A stretch of DNA of 64,000 nucleotides, taken from contig OZ245724.1 in the NCBI GenBank assembly GCA_965227035.1, positions 3,072,605 to 3,136,604 on the forward strand, written 5' to 3'. A program made the translations under genes and the position numbers. Shown here one piece after another: positions 8,844-16,878 of this stretch. Below the pieces are notes generated by a model. It searched no databases, was not told the origin of the DNA, and saw only the letters and a program-made list of their open reading frames with translations. This DNA comes from Burkholderiaceae bacterium (lineage in GTDB: Bacteria > Pseudomonadota > Gammaproteobacteria > Burkholderiales > Burkholderiaceae_C). Each line of letters starts with the position of its first letter. Positions within the stretch are counted from its first letter, which is position 1.

Positions 8844-10042
8844 TGGATGGACTCCGCGCGCTCAAGCGCATCGATCATTGATGTTTTGCGCAGGTAGTCC
8901 CGCGCAGCTTCTGGATTCGCCGCTATCTCCCGCAGCTCTTGGTGATTCTTCTCGCGCGCAGCCGCATCGCGTTCTTCGATGTGCTTCTTGTTGCGCGCGG
9001 TATTTGCGTTGATGTATTCGATGGCCACCTGACGGCGCTGGCGTTCGTAGCGATCGAGCAGCGATGCATCGGCCCTGCCGGTCAGCACCGCGATGAGCTT
9101 CTCGCTCACGTTGAAAGCGTCCTGCACTCCGCCGTTCATGCCCATGCCGCCCAGCGGATTGTTCACGTGTGCGGAATCGCCTGCGAGCAGCACGCGGCCC
9201 TTGCGGAATTCCTTGGCAACACGTTGGTGAACCTTGTACAGAGTGCGGTGAACCGTCTTGTAGGGCACCGGCTGGGGCAGCAGCTTTTGCAGGCGCGCCT
9301 GAACCGACTCGTCGCTCAGCAGCTCTTCGTCGCTGATTTCCGGCGGCACCGGGAACAGAACGCGCCACAGCGCCGGCACGCGCAACAGCACGCACCATTC
9401 TTCCGGATCCGATATGTAGTTCACGTAAGAGAGCTTGGGGAAGTGATCGGCGTATTCGAAATCGGTCGAGACCACGAGGAATCGCTCCGGATAGGTGAAA
9501 CCTTCGAATTCGATACCCAGGACCTGACGAACCGTGCTCCAGGCGCCGTCGGCACCGATCAGGTAATCGCCGGTGAAGCTTCGTTCTTCGCCGTCGATGG
9601 TTGCAGTCAGCGTGACCGAATCTGCGTCCTGCGTCACGTCCTTGACGACCGCGTTGAACAGCACTTCTGCGTGGGGCAGCTTGTCGAGCTGCTCTTTAAG
9701 AAGGCGGGTGAGCTTCCATTGCTCGCACTGAAGGCGATACGGGTGGTCGGTCACGTCCTTGAGCAACTCCATGTCGAACTCGGCCACCAGACCTTCGGTG
9801 CGATCGCGCTGCTGGGTGTAGCGCGCGACCAGCCCCTGTTCGACCAGCTTGGGCACGATGCCGAACTGATCCAGCAGATCCATCGTGGGTGGGTGAAATG
9901 TGGAGGCGCGAAGGTCGTCCGCGAGAAGCGGTGCCCGTTCGACAACGGTCACCTTGATGCCCGCTTGTGCGAGCTTGAGCGCGCTGACCAGACCGACAGG
10001 GCCTGCTCCGGCGATCAATACGTGTGAAGAAGCTTGAGTCAT
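8840..10042 (-). CDS. FAD-dependent aromatic-ring monooxygenase (PheA/UbiH-type)
   Basis: I use the internal start MTQASSHVLIAGAGPVGLVSALKLAQAG (codon 54 of the track ORF; ATG = complement of 10040-10042). GxGxxG dinucleotide fold and GDSAHVNNPLGGMGMNGGVQDA motif. Confidence 0.85.
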   Translation of the reverse strand: MTQASSHVLIAGAGPVGLVSALKLAQAGIKVTVVERAPLLADDLRASTFHPPTMDLLDQFGIVPKLVEQGLVARYTQQRDRTEGLVAEFDMELLKDVTDHPYRLQCEQWKLTRLLKEQLDKLPHAEVLFNAVVKDVTQDADSVTLTATIDGEERSFTGDYLIGADGAWSTVRQVLGIEFEGFTYPERFLVVSTDFEYADHFPKLSYVNYISDPEEWCVLLRVPALWRVLFPVPPEISDEELLSDESVQARLQKLLPQPVPYKTVHRTLYKVHQRVAKEFRKGRVLLAGDSAHVNNPLGGMGMNGGVQDAFNVSEKLIAVLTGRADASLLDRYERQRRQVAIEYINANTARNKKHIEERDAAAREKNHQELREIAANPEAARDYLRKTSMIDALERAESIQ

Positions 10043-10277
10043 GACAGGGGGATGTCCGAATGAATGTACACAATGGTCTAGGCTGTCTGACGCAAAACAT
10101 GTGCCACATCTATATATATATGGCGCAGTCTGGTCTCGGGCGTTCGTGGGCCATTCGAGAAATACCAGAAAGATATGCATTTCTCGCCGAGCCATGCACA
10201 TTCTTATATGGCGCGTAAATCAGGTCAATGCCCTGCCAATGTATACAAATCAGCGTATTCCCTAGCTTGCAGACATG

Positions 10278-10322
10278 AAAAAACGCACCGCTCCGATGCA
10301 TTCGAATGCATCGAAGGGTGCG
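10278..10322 (-). terminator. Rho-independent terminator of the FAH gene
   Basis: Perfect 18-bp palindrome GATGCATTCGAATGCATC (10295-10312), flanked by CGCACC/GGTGCG. On the minus strand it is followed by TTTTTT (complement of 10278-10283). It starts about 50 nt after the FAH stop. Confidence 0.6.
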
Positions 10323-10370
10323 TTGCCTAGGTTTGGTGCGCCGAAGACGCTCAGCCGAACCGGAACTGCC

Positions 10371-11228
10371 TTACTCGTCCTTGACCGGATTGCTCAGAAT
10401 GCCGATTTTTTCGATTTCGATCTCGACCTTGTCGCCGTCTTTCATCCAGAGCGGAGGGGTGCGGGCCTGACCGACGCCAGCGGGCGTTCCCATGATGATC
10501 ACGTCGCCCGGTTCGAGCGTCATGCACTCGGTGAGCAGCTTGATGGTTTCGGCGACTCCCCAGATCATGTCGCTGGTGTTGGCGCTCTGGACCACTTCAC
10601 CGTTCAGGCGAGCCTCGATCTTCAAGCCGGTTGCGCCGGGAGCCAACTCGTCGGCGGTAACCAGGATCGGGCCGAACGGGCCGGTCGCGTCGAAGTTCTT
10701 GCCGATGGTCCACTGCGGCGTCTTCTTTTGGTAATCGCGAACCGAGACGTCGTTGAAGCAGCTGTAGCCGAACACGCAGCTCAGGGCATTCTCTTCAGTC
10801 AGATGACGCGCCTTGGTGCCGATGATCACGGCCAGCTCGGCTTCGTAATCGAAGCGGTCGGACACCTTCGGGCGAATCGTGGGTTCGCCATGGGCAATGA
10901 GCGACGACGAACCGCGGAAGAAGAACCAGGGGTACACGGGCTTTTCGCGTCCGCCTTCTTTTGCGTGATCGAAATAGTTGAGGCCCAGGCAGATGATCTT
11001 GTTGGGGCGCTTGATCAGGGTTTCGTATTCCAGATCTTCCAGCTTCATGCGGGGGGCGCTAGACGCGACAGCCTTGGCAGCGGCGGCCTTCAGATCGACG
11101 CCCGCCTCGAGGGCTTTGCCCAGATCGCCGGGAATGCTGCTGTCGCCGGCGGAAATGTCGACAACGCCTTGATCGGTCACGACGCCCAGGGAAATCTTGC
11201 CCTTCGAACGGTAGCTCACCAACTTCAT
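10371..11228 (-). CDS. fumarylacetoacetate hydrolase (FAH) family protein
   Basis: 285 aa. Begins MKLVSYRSKGK and ends ..IIMGTPAGVGQARTPPLWMKDGDKVEIEIEKIGILSNPV, typical of FAH-family hydratase/decarboxylases. Confidence 0.9.
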   Translation of the reverse strand: MKLVSYRSKGKISLGVVTDQGVVDISAGDSSIPGDLGKALEAGVDLKAAAAKAVASSAPRMKLEDLEYETLIKRPNKIICLGLNYFDHAKEGGREKPVYPWFFFRGSSSLIAHGEPTIRPKVSDRFDYEAELAVIIGTKARHLTEENALSCVFGYSCFNDVSVRDYQKKTPQWTIGKNFDATGPFGPILVTADELAPGATGLKIEARLNGEVVQSANTSDMIWGVAETIKLLTECMTLEPGDVIIMGTPAGVGQARTPPLWMKDGDKVEIEIEKIGILSNPVKDE

Positions 11229-11325
11229 GAAAACTCCTTGTGTTGAATTCGGGGTTTCAGGTTTGGCGAAAATATATACAAAACCTGAAGTTCGATACGG
11301 AATATATCAAATATAGAATCGCCGA

Positions 11326-12015
11326 ATGGCAAAACTTTCCCTCGTTTCAGGCTCGAACTCCGAAACCCTCTCGACGAATCTGTACGACCGGATTCGGGCG
11401 GACGTGTTGGCCGGTGCGCTGGAGCCAGGCCGCAAGCTGCAGATCGAGTTCGTCTGCGAACGCTATGGCGCGGGGCAAACTCCGGTTCGCGAGGCGCTGA
11501 ACCGCCTCACCAGCGACGGGTTGATCGAAAGGCGCGAACAGCGCGGATTCGCGGTCACGACGATCAGCGCCGAGGACCTTCGTGAAATCACCAAAACCCG
11601 CTGCTGGCTGGAAGCGGTCGGGCTGCGTGAGTCGATTGCGAAAAAGTCAGACGAATGGGAAGAAGCTTTGGTGCTGGCACATCACCGGCTAACCAAAACG
11701 CCACGATTTTTAGGTGAGGAGCTCGATCCCAATCCGGAATGGGAAGAGCTACATCACGCGTTTCACCGTGCGTTGATTAGCGGCTGCGATTCGAAATGGC
11801 TTATGGGATTCTGCGATCAACTGTCCGAGCAACTCACCCGCTACAGGCAGCTATCGACACGCCGGATCTATCCGAAAAGATTCGAGCGCGGCGAACACAG
11901 CGACATCATCGACGCGGTAATTGCCGGGGATGCAGACAAGGCAGTCGCGCTGCTGACTTCGCACTACGAAGAAACAGCGTCGATCATTTTGTCGGACGAG
12001 AAGTTGTTCAGCTGA
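11326..12015 (+). CDS. GntR-family (FadR/FCD subfamily) transcriptional regulator
   Basis: 229 aa. N-terminal winged-helix (..LEPGRKLQIEFVCERYGAGQTPVREALNRLTSDGLIERREQRGFAV) plus an all-helical FCD-like C-terminus. Divergent from the FAH gene. Confidence 0.9.
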   Translation: MAKLSLVSGSNSETLSTNLYDRIRADVLAGALEPGRKLQIEFVCERYGAGQTPVREALNRLTSDGLIERREQRGFAVTTISAEDLREITKTRCWLEAVGLRESIAKKSDEWEEALVLAHHRLTKTPRFLGEELDPNPEWEELHHAFHRALISGCDSKWLMGFCDQLSEQLTRYRQLSTRRIYPKRFERGEHSDIIDAVIAGDADKAVALLTSHYEETASIILSDEKLFS

Positions 12016-12050
12016 TCGACCTCAGCTGATCAATCTCGGCTGATCAACTG
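12009..12050. repeat. 14-bp x3 tandem repeat starting at the GntR stop codon
   Basis: cagctgatcgacct / cagctgatcaatct / cggctgatcaactg, then a partial cagc. Contains 3 GATC sites, 2 TCAGCTGA palindromes and 2 TGATCA sites. Confidence 0.8.
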
Positions 12051-12062
12051 CAGCCACCCGAT

Positions 12063-13469
12063 TCAGCTACTGAGCGCTCCCACCGCAGCAAGCTTTGCCA
12101 ACCGATCCCGCGTCGCGTTCACCACGATCGCGACTCCCGCAAAACAGGCGGCTGCTGCCAGCGCGTAATGCGCGCCGGATACGCCGGAGAACGCGAGGCA
12201 AAGGCCAGCAATCGACGCGCCTAGCGTGAGGCCGCCCATGCGAGCGATGGCCAACACGCCGCCTGCCGCGCCGCTTCGTTCACGCGGTGGAATCGACAGC
12301 ATTTCCCGGTTGCTCGGCGCCTGGAAGAAGCCGTAACCGACACCGGCAATCAACATGCCGACGACCAAAAGCAGATTGGAAGCGGAGGGTGTCATGAGTG
12401 CCAGGGCTACGATACCGACCAGAAGAATCGACGCGCCGATGGCGCATTGGAGCGTCGGGCGGGCATCGCTGAAAAACTTGGCGGCGATTACCGTGGTGAT
12501 ACCTGCCGCGATCGGCCATGCACTCATGAGCAAACCGGTTTGCACTGTGGTGCGCGAGAAGAAATGCAGGAAGTGAAAGGGCAGCGCCACAAAGCAAAGC
12601 ATCTGCGCGCAGAACATCACGACCGATGCGAACACCGAGAGGCGGAATCGCGGAATTCGAAACAGATCGATCGGCAGCAGCGGCGTTGCCTGACGAATGC
12701 TTCGCTTGATAAAAACTGTCCATGACACGACTGCCAAAGCAATGACGCCTACGGCCCATCCGCCGTGCTTCGCCAGCAGGTCCAGCCCGATGATGGTCGA
12801 TGCCAATGCAACGGCATTGAGTGCAATGCTCGGGAAATCGAACTTGCGCGGCTGCGTGCCGGTTGCAGGTAACGCACGGGTTAGCACGAAGGCGGCAATG
12901 CCCAGCGGCACGTTCACCAGGAACAGCCACGGCCAACTTGCGAACGAAAGAATGAGCGCGCCTAGCGTCGGCCCTGCAGCAGCAGATACCGTGACGACCA
13001 CGGTGTTCAACGCAATGCCTTTACCGAATATCGCTCTCGGGTAGGTGTATCGCATCAACGCCGGGGAGCAGGTCATGGCTGCTGCCGCTCCGAAGCCTTG
13101 CACAACTCGCGCGGCAATCAGCAGGTCCAGCGAACGTGACAGCGCGCAGGCCAGCGATGCGAGCACGAAGAGCGCGAGCCCCAACCGAAACACTTTCGCG
13201 TGGCCGAGGCGCTCACCCAACGCGCCAAGTGGCAACAAAGCCATCACGGTTGCGAGTTGATAGGCATTGACCACCCAGACCGACTCCGATGCGGTGGTGT
13301 TCAGCTCGACCGCAAGAGTAGGCAGTGCGACGTTGGCAATGGTGGCGTCCAGCACAGTAAGTGCAACGACAGTGGAAAGGCCAATGACCGCAATTGCGCG
13401 GCGCGGCATGGCAAGGCCGTCTTCGAGGGGAGCGTTTGTCATCGGGTGCAATTGTAGGAGGCTGCCCAC
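12063..13469 (-). CDS. MFS transporter, DHA2/EmrB-like (14-TMS drug:H+ antiporter type)
   Basis: 468 aa, about 14 hydrophobic segments. DATIANVALP motif near TM1. The true start may be M10 (MTNAPLEDG..). Confidence 0.85.
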   Translation of the reverse strand: MGSLLQLHPMTNAPLEDGLAMPRRAIAVIGLSTVVALTVLDATIANVALPTLAVELNTTASESVWVVNAYQLATVMALLPLGALGERLGHAKVFRLGLALFVLASLACALSRSLDLLIAARVVQGFGAAAAMTCSPALMRYTYPRAIFGKGIALNTVVVTVSAAAGPTLGALILSFASWPWLFLVNVPLGIAAFVLTRALPATGTQPRKFDFPSIALNAVALASTIIGLDLLAKHGGWAVGVIALAVVSWTVFIKRSIRQATPLLPIDLFRIPRFRLSVFASVVMFCAQMLCFVALPFHFLHFFSRTTVQTGLLMSAWPIAAGITTVIAAKFFSDARPTLQCAIGASILLVGIVALALMTPSASNLLLVVGMLIAGVGYGFFQAPSNREMLSIPPRERSGAAGGVLAIARMGGLTLGASIAGLCLAFSGVSGAHYALAAAACFAGVAIVVNATRDRLAKLAAVGALSS

Positions 13470-13578
13470 GCCCTGTCCCTCTGTGCGCTCACACCCCGCC
13501 CGGTCGGTTGATGACCTGAGGAAATCTTTCGCACACCTATCGTTCAGTCATCAAAACAACTGACTGGCGGAGAAAAAA

Positions 13579-13737
13579 ATGACTCTCGGAACAATCCTTC
13601 TCATCGTACTTATCCTCATCCTGATCGGGGCGCTTCCGAGCTGGCCGCATAGTCGCAGCTGGGGCTACGGTCCTTCGGGCGGCCTTGGCCTAGTCGTTCT
13701 GATCGTGGTGATTCTGCTGGTCATGGGCCGCATATAA
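13579..13737 (+). CDS. DUF3309-family small membrane protein (52 aa)
   Basis: Own translation: MTLGTILLIVLILILIGALPSWPHSRSWGYGPSGGLGLVVLIVVILLVMGRI, then TAA. Two TM helices around the conserved PxWPxSRxWGYxP core. GGAG lies 8 nt upstream of the ATG. Below the 60-aa cutoff of the ORF track. Confidence 0.6.
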   Translation: MTLGTILLIVLILILIGALPSWPHSRSWGYGPSGGLGLVVLIVVILLVMGRI

Positions 13738-13772
13738 GCGTTCGCTCCTCCATTAGATAAAACGGGCATTCA

Positions 13773-14567
13773 ATGAAATATCCAATTCGGCGCGGTGCGT
13801 CATCACGCCGAATCCTGGATGCTTCGAAAGATCGCATGAAGGGTCTGGCCACCATCGCCGTCGTCGTGCTGCTCGCAGGAGCGGCAGGCGCGGCGATGGT
13901 CGGCTACAAGCTTTCCAGATCGGCCGAGCTTGTCAAAAAATCTTCTGCTTATCAGCAGAATCCGCCGAGGCCAACCGCGAAGATTCTTGTGGCTGGCGAC
14001 AGCACCGGCGTAGGCACCGGAGCATCATCCCCCGAAGACAGCGTCTCTGGACGATTGGGTCGCGATCATCCGAACTGGTCGATCGAGAATCGCTCTGTCA
14101 ACGGCGCGAAATACGAGGACGTCATCGAACAGCTCTCGAGCCTTGATTCGGTCACCTACGACGCCATCATCATCTTCGCCGGTGGCAACGACGTGATCAG
14201 ATCTACCGATCCGATCAAGCTCGATCAGGAAGTCGATAGAGCCTTGACTCTGGCTGACGCACACAGCAAGAACGTAATCATTCAGCCGAGCGGAAACGTC
14301 GGAAATACCACGCTGTTTCCCTGGCCCTTCTCGTTAGGCATGACCAAGCGTTCCGAAGAACTGCATGCCATCGTGAGGAAGCGTGCCGCGCAACATGGCG
14401 CCGCATACGTGAATCTTTTCAAAGACAAAAATACTGATCCTTTCTCGAAGGATCCGGATCGCCTGAACGCTGCCGATGGTCTGCACCCGAGCAGCGACGG
14501 CTACGCAATCTGGTACGCGGAACTCACCACGCAAGCTGCGGCGGCGCTGGCAAAAATTCCGCGTTGA
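13773..14567 (+). CDS. SGNH/GDSL-family hydrolase, membrane-anchored
   Basis: 264 aa with an N-terminal TM anchor. Block I VAGDSTGVG, block V ADGLHPS. Confidence 0.75.
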   Translation: MKYPIRRGASSRRILDASKDRMKGLATIAVVVLLAGAAGAAMVGYKLSRSAELVKKSSAYQQNPPRPTAKILVAGDSTGVGTGASSPEDSVSGRLGRDHPNWSIENRSVNGAKYEDVIEQLSSLDSVTYDAIIIFAGGNDVIRSTDPIKLDQEVDRALTLADAHSKNVIIQPSGNVGNTTLFPWPFSLGMTKRSEELHAIVRKRAAQHGAAYVNLFKDKNTDPFSKDPDRLNAADGLHPSSDGYAIWYAELTTQAAAALAKIPR

Positions 14568-14594
14568 ACACTTCGGTCATAGAAGGAGACTCCG

Positions 14595-14909
14595 ATGACA
14601 AAAGATAAAAACGTACCGCAAGAACCCGGGCCCGAGGGCTCACGCACTCGTGAGATCGACAACGAATTGGTTAGCGGCACCAACAATGGTTTCGGCGACA
14701 AAGTTGTGGGCGAACCTGCGCGCGTCCCGTCACCCGAAACGAGCAAAGTCAAAGGCGAGCCCAGAGTCCGCCAAGGCGCGGAAGCCGGTGCCGAAAAAGA
14801 TTTGAAGCGTTCCCAGGCAGGCGAGTACGACAACTACGGCCTGAAGAAAAACATGGAAAATGGAACCGCAAGCGGATCGAACGATGCGCGTCCGATTCGA
14901 CCCGATTGA
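14595..14909 (+). CDS. hypothetical small hydrophilic protein (104 aa, predicted disordered)
   Basis: Strong SD (GAAGGAGA) 5 nt before the ATG. Composition is rich in G/E/K/P/N, with no hydrophobic core and no motif I recognise. Confidence 0.5.
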   Translation: MTKDKNVPQEPGPEGSRTREIDNELVSGTNNGFGDKVVGEPARVPSPETSKVKGEPRVRQGAEAGAEKDLKRSQAGEYDNYGLKKNMENGTASGSNDARPIRPD

Positions 14910-14951
14910 TTTTTTAAGCGAGTTTTCGGGCCAACAGGGCCGACAGTACTG

Positions 14952-15788
14952 TCAGGCGTCCTCGGACACAGGAGCGTCTTCGCGAGGTGCCTCGGGTTCC
15001 CAATTCGCAACACGCGAGGGATCGAGTCCGATCGCTTTACTTGCTTCGATCGGGAAGAATCGAATCTGCACTTCTTCCGGAATCTGAAGCTCGAGTGCGC
15101 GTGCACGCCACGACGCAATATGAACAATGGTCGCGTTGCGGTGATTGGGATTTTCCAGATCTGGATTGCTCTGAGACGCAACCACTTCGATCATTCGCGA
15201 TGGCAATTCCCACTTGCGGCATAGCTCAGCACCCACCTCGGCGAAGCTATATCCAAACTTCGCCAGTTCAGCTTTGTCTCGTCCCACGGCAAGCGGGTGA
15301 ATTTTGTCGTCGAGCTCGTTCATTTCCTTGGTCAGCACCACGCGCATGACGAGCTCGCCAATCATGTGAAGAAGGCCGCCGGTGTAGGCAACATCGTCGT
15401 CTGCGCCGACCTTCTGGGCGATGTATCGAGCCAACTCACCGGTCACGGAACTGAACCGCCAAAATTGCTTGAGCGCATCTTCGGGCAGGCTCGGAAAACT
15501 GTCCTTGGCAATCAGACCGATCACCAGTGCGCGCACCTTCGTCTGCCCCATCAGTGCTACAGCTTCCAGCACGCTTTCAGCCGGCCGCCCGCGATAGAAG
15601 AACGGCGAATTCGCGAGGCGAAGCACCTTCGCCACGATGACTGGGTCGGACTCGATGCAACTGACGATCTCCTTGATATGGACATCGTCGTCTTCGAAGG
15701 TTTTCATGAGCCGCAGCACCGCGTGCGGCGCACTAGGCAGCGCATTCGGGCGCGATAGCAAACTGTTGAGATCCATGGCTGCAGGCAC
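14952..15788 (-). CDS. HDOD domain-containing signalling protein
   Basis: 278 aa. The PSAPHAVLRLMKTFEDDDVHIKEIVSCIESDPVIVAKVLRLANSPFF pattern is typical of HDOD domains. Confidence 0.8.
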   Translation of the reverse strand: MPAAMDLNSLLSRPNALPSAPHAVLRLMKTFEDDDVHIKEIVSCIESDPVIVAKVLRLANSPFFYRGRPAESVLEAVALMGQTKVRALVIGLIAKDSFPSLPEDALKQFWRFSSVTGELARYIAQKVGADDDVAYTGGLLHMIGELVMRVVLTKEMNELDDKIHPLAVGRDKAELAKFGYSFAEVGAELCRKWELPSRMIEVVASQSNPDLENPNHRNATIVHIASWRARALELQIPEEVQIRFFPIEASKAIGLDPSRVANWEPEAPREDAPVSEDA

Positions 15789-15949
15789 GTTGATGTAACC
15801 GAACGATACAAGAGGGCGACGGGTTCAGCTAGTCGGATTACATATTTATTGCTTCTCTGAGGATTTCTGCCGCGTTGGGCGTGGCTTTTTCGCAGTACGT
15901 TCGCCAAAACGGTTTTCCAGATCGACGCGTTATCTGCGTTCGAACCGAC

Positions 15950-16348
15950 TCACCCCAAGGGCATCTGCCCCAGCTCGATGATGTTCCCATCCGGATCGAC
16001 GAACTGGGCGATCCACCCGCGTGGCGCGATTCCGGGGGGAGACACCGTCGGGCAGATGCCGGTGATGCACTTGGCACCAAGACTCTCCAGGCGGGCAACC
16101 TCCGCCTTTATGTCTTCCACATGGAAGGAAATCAAACATTTGTTGCGATCCCAGCCCTGCTGCTTGCCGACCGATTCCGGCCCGTTGTCCATGCGTCCCA
16201 TCAACTCGAGGATGCAGCTGCCAGTATCGAAAGCAACGATCAACTCGCTGGCCTTCTTGATTTTCAGGCCCATGATGTTTTCGTAGAAGTGCCGCATCGC
16301 GGGCACGTTCTCGGTGTACACCAGCACCCAGCTCAATGGTCCGATCAT
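15950..16348 (-). CDS. VOC (glyoxalase/bleomycin-resistance/dioxygenase) family protein
   Basis: I use the internal start MIGPLSWVLVYTENVPAMRHFYENIMGL (ATG = complement of 16346-16348), giving 132 aa. The longer track ORF would overlap the upstream gene by 300 nt. Confidence 0.75.
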   Translation of the reverse strand: MIGPLSWVLVYTENVPAMRHFYENIMGLKIKKASELIVAFDTGSCILELMGRMDNGPESVGKQQGWDRNKCLISFHVEDIKAEVARLESLGAKCITGICPTVSPPGIAPRGWIAQFVDPDGNIIELGQMPLG

Positions 16349-16365
16349 CGCTTCGCTTTCCAGGT

Positions 16366-16878
16366 TTAAACGGGATACACCAGACAGTTCGGCACCATCA
16401 CAGTATCGAAAATGCAGGTTCGTTCCTTCAGACGCAAACCGTCCGGCTCGCGTACGAATTTGTCGCGGTACTTGCCGACTTGCAATAGACGGGTCGCCTC
16501 GTCGATAAGCGTTTCGTAGATCACGTAGTTCGCTTCCGCGATCACCAGGCCACCTTCCACGCCAGTGACCCGAGTCATCGAAACCGAATGCTGCACATAA
16601 CGCGGCGCAAACATTTCGGTATGCGCGATAGCGTAGGCACGATCTTTGAGCATGCCCATGCCATCGCAAAGCATCAGACAAAGCGGCAGGTTCGATTCGT
16701 AGTTGTCACGCGCGATGACTCGGTAGATTGCATCTTCCGTGAAGAAAGATGGCCACTTCTCTACATCGTTCGCGTCGAGGACTGCTGCGTAATCACAATG
16801 AAATTCTTCGACCAGCAAACGAAGCTCTCGCAGCTCGCTCGCATCGACGCTCAAGGTTTTGGACGTCTCCATTTTCAT
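16366..16878 (-). CDS. aromatic-ring-hydroxylating oxygenase beta (small) subunit, set 1
   Basis: 170 aa, NTF2/SnoaL-like. 4-nt overlap with the preceding alpha subunit gene. Confidence 0.85.
   Translation of the reverse strand: MKMETSKTLSVDASELRELRLLVEEFHCDYAAVLDANDVEKWPSFFTEDAIYRVIARDNYESNLPLCLMLCDGMGMLKDRAYAIAHTEMFAPRYVQHSVSMTRVTGVEGGLVIAEANYVIYETLIDEATRLLQVGKYRDKFVREPDGLRLKERTCIFDTVMVPNCLVYPV

Noticed and set aside
10111-10121. (TA)5T microsatellite as a phase-variation switch
   Set aside because: It is too short for efficient slippage and lies in a promoter region. I kept it only as part of the duplicated TATATGGCGC box observation.
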